From assembly GCA_037189525.1 (NCBI GenBank), contig JBBCJC010000001.1:512001-576000 (forward strand): a DNA stretch of 64,000 nt, read 5' to 3'. A model generated the notes under the pieces. It worked only from the letters and a program-made list of their open reading frames with translations, was not told where the DNA came from and ran no database searches. The stretch is from Gemmatimonadales bacterium. GTDB lineage: Bacteria > Gemmatimonadota > Gemmatimonadetes > Gemmatimonadales > GWC2-71-9. Of this stretch, positions 57,678 to 64,000 are shown piece by piece; the first letter of the stretch is position 1, and each line of letters begins with the position of its first letter. The translations under genes and the position numbers were made by a program.

Positions 57678-58103
57678 CTAGCCAAGCAGCCCCATGGCGT
57701 ACGCGCGGTTGATGTCGCTCCGCGAAATCACGCCAACGACCTGCCCTTCCTCTTCGACGAACAGCCGGCGAATGTCGCCGTACTCCATCTGGAGCGCCGC
57801 TTCACGCAGTTCGAGGTTGGGTTCGACGACCAGACCCCGCGGCGTCATGATGTCGCGAGCCGTCTGCTGCATCAGCCGCTCCCGCGCCTCGTCATCGCCC
57901 GACTCGGCAAACGCCGCCAGGAGATCCGTGGTCGAAACCACACCCAACAGCCGGCCCCGGCTGTCGATGACCGGCAGGCCCGATACCCGGCTGTCGGCCA
58001 GCTGGGTGATCAATTCGCCGACCGATTGGTCGGGATGAATCGCGACGACATCCGCCGTCATGACCTGGCGGACCGTCCGGCCCGCGCGCTCTCGGTACAC
58101 CAT
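57678..58103 (-). CDS. CBS-domain protein
   Basis: VSGLPVID..LLGVVSTTDL and VVGVISRSDI; AAGGAGG SD. Confidence 0.92.
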   Translation of the reverse strand: MVYRERAGRTVRQVMTADVVAIHPDQSVGELITQLADSRVSGLPVIDSRGRLLGVVSTTDLLAAFAESGDDEARERLMQQTARDIMTPRGLVVEPNLELREAALQMEYGDIRRLFVEEEGQVVGVISRSDINRAYAMGLLG

Positions 58104-58191
58104 GGTTACCTCCTTCAGACTGGAGATCGATCCTCATCCCAGCGATCAACGTACCCCGTCCCGTCTGAAGGAATCATGAAGTCCGATAGAG

Positions 58192-59607
58192 CTAATCTCC
58201 ACGTCGGGGAATGGCGGCGAGGATTTCGGTCAGCGCCAGGTTGAGGTCGGCCTCGTGCTTGCGGGTACCCTGGAGATGCCCCATCCGAACGATCACCAGG
58301 TCGTGCGACGGCACCACGATCGTCTTGCTCACACCGCCGCCGCTCATGAAGTATGCATCGCGCGGCAGGCTCCACTCACCGTCGCCGTTCAGGCGGAACA
58401 AGGCACCGTATACCGGCGTCGACCAGGCGGGCGCCGGCGTGCTCACGAAGCGGGTCCATCCCTCGGGGAGGAGCCGCTCGCCCTGCCAGACGCCGTCCTG
58501 CAGGTAGAGCAATCCGAGCCTGGCCCAGTTTCTGGCGGTACCGTAGTCGTAGCCGGTCAGCAGGAAGTTGCCGTAGGGATCGGGCTCCAGCACCTGACGC
58601 CTGATCCCGATCCGATCGAAGAACGCCCGCTGGGGCCAGCTGAGATATTCGTCGCCAGCTGCGGAGACGGTCCGTTTGACGATGGCGCCGAGCACGAGCG
58701 GATCGACATTGCGGTAGCGTCCCACCGTCTGGGGAGGAAACTCGGGCTGCTTCCCGATGCTGAACCCGAAGGCATCGATGGCGCCCGAATAGATGTAGAG
58801 GTGGTCGGGGTGAGCCTGACCCCAGGTCTCCGGCGGATCGGTCGCATCCGAAAAGCGGAGCCCGCTGCTCATTTGCATCAGGTCGCGAATCGTGATGCGG
58901 GCTCTCGGATCGCCCGGGGTCTGCCACTCTGCCACGGGCGCCGGATCGTCGAGGCGGAGTTTGCCTTGCCGAACCAGGAGCCCGACCATGGCGGCCGTAA
59001 TGCTCTTCCCCATCGACCAGCTCTCGAGCTGGGTATCCTGGCCGATGCCGGGCGCATAACGCTCCGCGACGATCCGCCCCCGATGGACGACGACCATGGC
59101 CAGCGTCAACGCCTCGGGCGCGCGAAACGCCAGGTCCAGACCCGCCTCCAGGCGGGCGCGGTCGAGACCGGCCGGCAATGGCGTGTCGGGCAAACGATCG
59201 CCCATGGGCCAAGGGGCCGACGCGGCGGGGCCCAGCACCGTCCGGACCGGTACCGGCGTGAACGCCACGGAATCGCGCCCCCGCGGCAGGATGACGCAGC
59301 CCTGGTCGCCGAATAACCGCGCCGAGCGCCGGAGACTGCCGTCCAGCGTCAGGTGAACCGCCCGATTGGCGCGATCGACCTCGACCTTGGTGATCCGCTC
59401 CCGGCGGAACGAACCCCAGAACCGCGGTGCGCTATTGGTCAGCGCGTCCTCGACCTCGCGGCCGGTAATGAAGACGGCCGAGCAGGCGATCTTGGCGCTC
59501 ATTGCCGTCAGCAGCTCTTCCCTCGACGGAGATGACTGAGCCGCGCCCGCTTGAACGCCGCCGGCGCCGGCAAGGAGGAGAAGAGCAGCGAGTGAGCACC
59601 GATTCAT
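58192..59607 (-). CDS. Secreted serine hydrolase (beta-lactamase-like)
   Basis: SMGK, LMQMSSGL, YRN, ARNWARLGLLYLQDG. Confidence 0.88.
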   Translation of the reverse strand: MNRCSLAALLLLAGAGGVQAGAAQSSPSREELLTAMSAKIACSAVFITGREVEDALTNSAPRFWGSFRRERITKVEVDRANRAVHLTLDGSLRRSARLFGDQGCVILPRGRDSVAFTPVPVRTVLGPAASAPWPMGDRLPDTPLPAGLDRARLEAGLDLAFRAPEALTLAMVVVHRGRIVAERYAPGIGQDTQLESWSMGKSITAAMVGLLVRQGKLRLDDPAPVAEWQTPGDPRARITIRDLMQMSSGLRFSDATDPPETWGQAHPDHLYIYSGAIDAFGFSIGKQPEFPPQTVGRYRNVDPLVLGAIVKRTVSAAGDEYLSWPQRAFFDRIGIRRQVLEPDPYGNFLLTGYDYGTARNWARLGLLYLQDGVWQGERLLPEGWTRFVSTPAPAWSTPVYGALFRLNGDGEWSLPRDAYFMSGGGVSKTIVVPSHDLVIVRMGHLQGTRKHEADLNLALTEILAAIPRRGD

Positions 59608-59748
59608 GATTGCCCCGGACGGCAGGAAGGAGTGGCAAGTATCCGGCCCTGCGGCTCCGACCGTCAAGCCCTGGTCGATCCTCAGCGAACGGTCTAGCTT
59701 GCTGGCGCTCCAACGGCCATTCGACTCGTCACCGACCTGCGTTTCCCG

Positions 59749-61266
59749 ATGCGACAGCCCATCCTGGCAGCCCTCCTGGTCTCGCTGGCCTCGGCCGCAT
59801 CCGCGCAAGTCGTCCCGGAGCGGCTCGAACGCTATGTCACGGGCGCCCTCGACGCCTGGCAGGTTCCCGGCGTGGCCATCGCCATCGTCCGCAACGATTC
59901 GGTCGTACTGACGCGCGGCTACGGGGTCCGGACCGCAGGCGGGCTCGAGCCCGTCACCGACGCCACCGTCTTCGGGATCGGCTCGACGACCAAGGCATTC
60001 ACGGCGACCCTCCTGGCCATGCTCGCCGATTCCGGGTTGGTGGCCTGGGACGACCCCGTCACCCGCCACCTGCCCGGCTTTCAGCTGCCCGACCCGTGGA
60101 CCACGAAGCTGGTGACGGTGCGCGACCTGCTCGCTCACCGAACCGGGCTGGCCGGCAGCGACTTCGTCTGGTACGCATCCCGGCACGACCGCGCCGAGCT
60201 GATCCGGCGCGTCCGATTCATGCGGCCCGCGAGTCCGTACCGAACCGAGTTGAGCTACAACAACGTGATGTACGTCGCGGCCGGCGAGATCGTACGGGCC
60301 GTCTCGGGAACAACGTGGGACGAGTCCATCGCCCGCCGAATTTTCACTCCGCTCGGCATGGCCCGTACCACTGCCGGTACCGCTGGCCTGCCGACCCATG
60401 GCAACATCGCGACGCCTCACGCGCGGATCCGCGATACGGTTCGTCCCATCGACCGGCCGATACTCGACAATCTTGGCGCAGCTGGCGCCATCAATTCCAC
60501 CGCGGCCGACATGGCGCGCTGGGTGCGCTTCCTGCTGGCGCGGGGCCGCGTGGACGACCGCCGGCTCGTGTCGTCCGATCGGATGGCCGACCTGTTCACG
60601 CCGCAGCTGATGCTCACCGGAGATGGAACGCCTCCGATCGATACTGCTTCGATCCGCCCGACCCACTTCGAAGCGTACGGCCTGGGCTGGTTTCTCAAGG
60701 ACTATCATGGCCGGCTGGTGGCCGAGCATGGCGGCAACGTGGATGGCATGTCGGCGACCATTACGCTCGTGCCCGAAGCGCGGGTCGGCGTGGTGGTGCT
60801 CAGCAACGTGCACAACACCCAGTTGCCGGGCATCCTGGCCGACTGGATCATCGACCACGAGCTGGGCGCGCCAGAATTCGATCGGAGTGCCATTGCGCTA
60901 CGCCGCGCGGGAGCCCGCCGCGATCAGCTCCGCGGCCGGGAGGCCCGGTTGCTGGGGAACCGCAAGACCGGCACGACTCCGTCGCTGCCACTCGAGCGGT
61001 ACGCCGGTATCTATCGCGACAGTCTGTATGGCGACCTGACGATCACCCGGGATGGCGACGCCCTCGTCGCCCGGCTGGGACCGGGACTGCGCGGTTCGCT
61101 GGAGCACTGGCACCACGATATCTTTCGCGCGCAGTGGTCGCCTGCCATGTGGGGCAGCGCGTTCCTGACGTTTCGGGTCAGCCCGGCCGGTCGGATCGAC
61201 GGATTCGAAATCGATCTGGGCGGCGAGCCTGCTCCGCTCTGGTTTGGCCGCGCCGACCGGCCCTGA
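59749..61266 (+). CDS. Secreted serine hydrolase with DUF3471-like C-terminus
   Basis: STTK, YNN, HGG, YAGIYRDSLYG. Confidence 0.9.
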   Translation: MRQPILAALLVSLASAASAQVVPERLERYVTGALDAWQVPGVAIAIVRNDSVVLTRGYGVRTAGGLEPVTDATVFGIGSTTKAFTATLLAMLADSGLVAWDDPVTRHLPGFQLPDPWTTKLVTVRDLLAHRTGLAGSDFVWYASRHDRAELIRRVRFMRPASPYRTELSYNNVMYVAAGEIVRAVSGTTWDESIARRIFTPLGMARTTAGTAGLPTHGNIATPHARIRDTVRPIDRPILDNLGAAGAINSTAADMARWVRFLLARGRVDDRRLVSSDRMADLFTPQLMLTGDGTPPIDTASIRPTHFEAYGLGWFLKDYHGRLVAEHGGNVDGMSATITLVPEARVGVVVLSNVHNTQLPGILADWIIDHELGAPEFDRSAIALRRAGARRDQLRGREARLLGNRKTGTTPSLPLERYAGIYRDSLYGDLTITRDGDALVARLGPGLRGSLEHWHHDIFRAQWSPAMWGSAFLTFRVSPAGRIDGFEIDLGGEPAPLWFGRADRP

Positions 61267-61297
61267 CGTTTCTCCCGCCGCAAGGATCCGCACCGCC

Positions 61298-61723
61298 ATG
61301 ACCAGTCCGACCCCGATGACGCTCGCCGACCTCCAGACTCTGCTCGACAGCTCGCCGGCGATTGCCGCGCTCGGAGTCCGAATGGAGTCGGCCGATCCGG
61401 CCCGGTCCGCCGTCGAACTCAGCATGACGATCCATCCCGCGCTCGAACGCGCCACCGGCACCGGGCAGTTTCACGGCGGACCGCTGGCGTCGCTGATCGA
61501 TATCGCCGGCGATGTCGCGATCGCGATGATGGTGGGCGGAGGCGTTCCTACGATCGACCTTCGGATCGACTACCTGCGTCCGGTCCTCACCCCGACCGTT
61601 CGCGCGCGCGCGACGGTGCGCAAGCTGGGCAAGACCATTGCTATTGCGGACGTCGAGATCATCGATGCCCAGGGCAAGCTCTGCGTCCTGGGCCGGGGCA
61701 GCTACAGTCCCCGCATCGGATAG
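61298..61723 (+). CDS. PaaI-family (hotdog) thioesterase
   Basis: HGGPLASLID, TIDLRIDYLRP. Confidence 0.9.
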   Translation: MTSPTPMTLADLQTLLDSSPAIAALGVRMESADPARSAVELSMTIHPALERATGTGQFHGGPLASLIDIAGDVAIAMMVGGGVPTIDLRIDYLRPVLTPTVRARATVRKLGKTIAIADVEIIDAQGKLCVLGRGSYSPRIG

Positions 61724-61727
61724 TCCG

Positions 61728-63149
61728 ATGGCAGGACGCCGCATCGCCACCGTACTGCTGGTACTCGGCATCACGGCCGCCGGCATCGAGCGGAGCCACG
61801 CGCAAGCGCCAGGCGAGAACCTCACCGCCGAGCGAATGGCCGCGAGTCTGGCGCTGCACACCAAGTTGCTCTGCTCCGGTATTTTCGTGGCCGGGCGGGA
61901 TGCCGATGAGTTGATCGCCCAGGATCTCCAAGCCGACCTCTATACCTTTCACGACTGGACCCGCACCGACGTTCGCATCGATCGCGAACGCCGCCAGGTC
62001 ACTCTCGGCCATCCGGGCTTGGCGGCGCGCACTGCCCGCTACACCGGCGATCAGGGCTGTGTTCTGCTGCCACAATTCGGCGATGACGTGTTCTTCACTC
62101 CCGAAACGCTCTCCCGGCCCGCTCGGGATGGATGGCCCGGCGCCAGAGCGAGTCTGCCCGGCAATGTGCGCAGCAAGCTTGACGAAGCGCTGACTTTTGC
62201 GCTCGACGACAGCCGCCAAACCGCACCGCAACTGACTCGCGCGCTGGTCGTCCTCCACAAGGGGCGACTGGTCGGCGAACGGTACGCCGCCGGGTTCAGC
62301 GCCGAGCGGCGGCAGATCGCGTGGTCGATGGGCAAAAGCGTCACGGCGGCGCTGACCGGTATCCTGGTTGGACAAGGTCAGTTCGCTCTCGATGCACCTG
62401 CTCCCGTGGCCCTCTGGCGCCGGCAGGGCGACCCGCGCGGCGGGATCACGTTGCGGCACCTGCTCCAGATGAGCGGCGGGCTCGCATTCGACAACTTCAG
62501 CACCGGCGACTCCGCCTACTACACCAGTCGCCATCATCACGAGCTGGTCTACTTCGGCGCCGTCAACGTCTTCGACTACGTGCTCGACCGTCCGGTTGCT
62601 GCGCCACCCGGCACGCTCTGGGCCTATCGCAACACCAATACGCTGACACTCGGCCACCTCATCCGGCAAGCAGTGGAGGCCCGGGGCGACTCCTATCTGG
62701 CCTTTGCGCAGCTGGCGCTGTTCGATCCGATCGGGGCCCGCGACATGGTGCTCGAGCCGGATCCCTATGGGAATTTCATCACCACCGGGTTCGTCTACGG
62801 TTCCGCCAACGACTGGGCCCGTTTCGGGCAACTGCACCTGCAGGACGGCGTCTGGCAGGGCACGCGGATCCTCCCGGCGGGCTGGGTCGATTTCATTCGC
62901 ACACCGGCGCCCGCCCATCCGTCCAAGGGTTACGGCGGCCAGTTCTGGCTCAATGCCGGCGGCCGGTACCCGCGCTGGCCTCGTGACGCCTACTGGGCCC
63001 TCGGCTGGCTCGGACAGATGGTGCTGGTCATCCCCTCCCGCGATCTCGTCATCGTCCGGCTCGGCCACAGCGCCAAGGGAGAATTCGACGGCTACATCGA
63101 GGAAGTCGTGGCCCGCATCCTGGATGCGACGGCGGCGATCGACCGCTAG
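61728..63149 (+). CDS. Secreted serine hydrolase (paralog of 58192-59607)
   Basis: SMGK, YRN, LEPDPYGNF, DWARFGQL. Confidence 0.88.
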   Translation: MAGRRIATVLLVLGITAAGIERSHAQAPGENLTAERMAASLALHTKLLCSGIFVAGRDADELIAQDLQADLYTFHDWTRTDVRIDRERRQVTLGHPGLAARTARYTGDQGCVLLPQFGDDVFFTPETLSRPARDGWPGARASLPGNVRSKLDEALTFALDDSRQTAPQLTRALVVLHKGRLVGERYAAGFSAERRQIAWSMGKSVTAALTGILVGQGQFALDAPAPVALWRRQGDPRGGITLRHLLQMSGGLAFDNFSTGDSAYYTSRHHHELVYFGAVNVFDYVLDRPVAAPPGTLWAYRNTNTLTLGHLIRQAVEARGDSYLAFAQLALFDPIGARDMVLEPDPYGNFITTGFVYGSANDWARFGQLHLQDGVWQGTRILPAGWVDFIRTPAPAHPSKGYGGQFWLNAGGRYPRWPRDAYWALGWLGQMVLVIPSRDLVIVRLGHSAKGEFDGYIEEVVARILDATAAIDR

Positions 63150-63233
63150 CTCCATCCGACAGTCGCGAGGCACCTCGAAGATGGCTACGTTGCGGCCTAC
63201 CGATGGGTCTTACATCCAACCGGCAGGTCGTCC

Positions 63234-63698
63234 ATGCGGATGAGTTTCAGCGGCGCCCCCGAAATCCGCGCCACTCGTGAACAGGTTTGGAATGCCGTTC
63301 TCGATCCGCAGCTGGTGGCCGCCAGCGTCGGCGTAGTTGAAAGTGTCGAGGAAATCGACCCGACTCACTACAAGGTGGTAGCCGGGCTCGGGATAGGCGT
63401 CCTCACAATCCGTTTTACCCTGAACGTCGAGCTGTTCGACCTGGTCGAAGGCCAAAGCGCCAAGATGCGCGCCCGCGGCAAAGCCCCGGGTTCGACGCTG
63501 GACGCCACCACCGCGTTTCAACTGGAAGACGCGGCGCCCGGGGTCATCCGCCTGGTCTGGCAGGCCGACAGCGATGTCGGCGGAATGGTCGCAAGCGTGG
63601 GCGCCAGGCTGCTGGAAGGCACGGTTCGAAAGCTCGCCGAACAGTTCTTCAAGGATTTTGCCGAGACCGTCTCAGAGCAGTCCGCAAGCTCCGCATGA
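63234..63698 (+). CDS. coxG: CoxG/SRPBCC-family protein
   Basis: VWNAVLDP, GGMVASVGARLLEG. Confidence 0.85.
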   Translation: MRMSFSGAPEIRATREQVWNAVLDPQLVAASVGVVESVEEIDPTHYKVVAGLGIGVLTIRFTLNVELFDLVEGQSAKMRARGKAPGSTLDATTAFQLEDAAPGVIRLVWQADSDVGGMVASVGARLLEGTVRKLAEQFFKDFAETVSEQSASSA

Positions 63699-63931
63699 TG
63701 TCGTCCTCGGCACTGGTGTTCCAATCGGCGGTGCGCTGGCCGGCGGGCCATGACTACCTGGCCGACGACGACCCCCTGGCGGGCCAGGCCAGTTGTCGGC
63801 CCGGAGTGCAGGGTCTCAAAGCAGCACTGCCCTACGTTGACGAAATGCTCCACTCTGTCTCAATTGCTTCTCTGGAGCATCTGGCCGCCCGCCTGGTGCG
63901 CCCCTTCCGACGAACCGGTACGTATGCGTGA
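63695..63931 (+). pseudogene. Probable remnant of the C-terminus of a CoxE-type VWA protein
   Basis: DPLAG..GLKAALPYVD..IASLEHLA resembles the CoxE terminal pattern; only 78 aa; lies between coxG and xdhC. Confidence 0.55.
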
Positions 63932-64000
63932 ACTGCTGCGGGATATCGAACGATTCGCCCCTGCCCGGACCGGCCGGGCGGTGGTCACCCGGGTTTGGGG
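63924..64000 (+). CDS. XdhC/CoxI-family protein, 5' fragment (truncated by window edge)
   Basis: MRELLRDIERFAPARTGRAVVTRVW(G) resembles the XdhC N-terminus; cox gene context. Confidence 0.6.
   Translation, partial: MRELLRDIERFAPARTGRAVVTRVW

Noticed and set aside
59608..60858. Apparent 888-aa version of the serine hydrolase
   Set aside because: The extension is antisense to the 59749-61266 gene; a signal peptide begins at 59607.

Overview
GC-rich bacterial chromosome segment, probably Gemmatimonadota (inferred from SusC/SusD, an RCC1-repeat lipoprotein and many secreted serine hydrolases in a high-GC background). The first ~12 kb looks like a mosaic defence island. It holds a SNF2 helicase with a DUF3883-like C-terminus running off the left edge, and a HipA-family kinase with a long N-terminal extension sitting under a long inverted-repeat operator. 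It also holds the most striking feature, a tightly coupled lower-GC four-gene operon: SPPY-type DNA amino-methyltransferase -> kinase/P-loop (ORC/CDC6-like) ATPase fusion -> duplicated Rossmann/CARF-like protein -> intact ThyX. I do not recognise this combination as a named system. The remainder is host metabolism: ppc, tRNA-Asn, a long peptidase/amidohydrolase-rich region with SusC/SusD, an ECF sigma factor, LysR-YeiH, and a GntR-rocD-aminotransferase-AstE-TTC38-metC-permease cluster with a 12-bp operator-like motif seen three times. The window ends with coxG, a coxE remnant and the start of xdhC. All family calls come from motif recognition by eye; no database searches were run.
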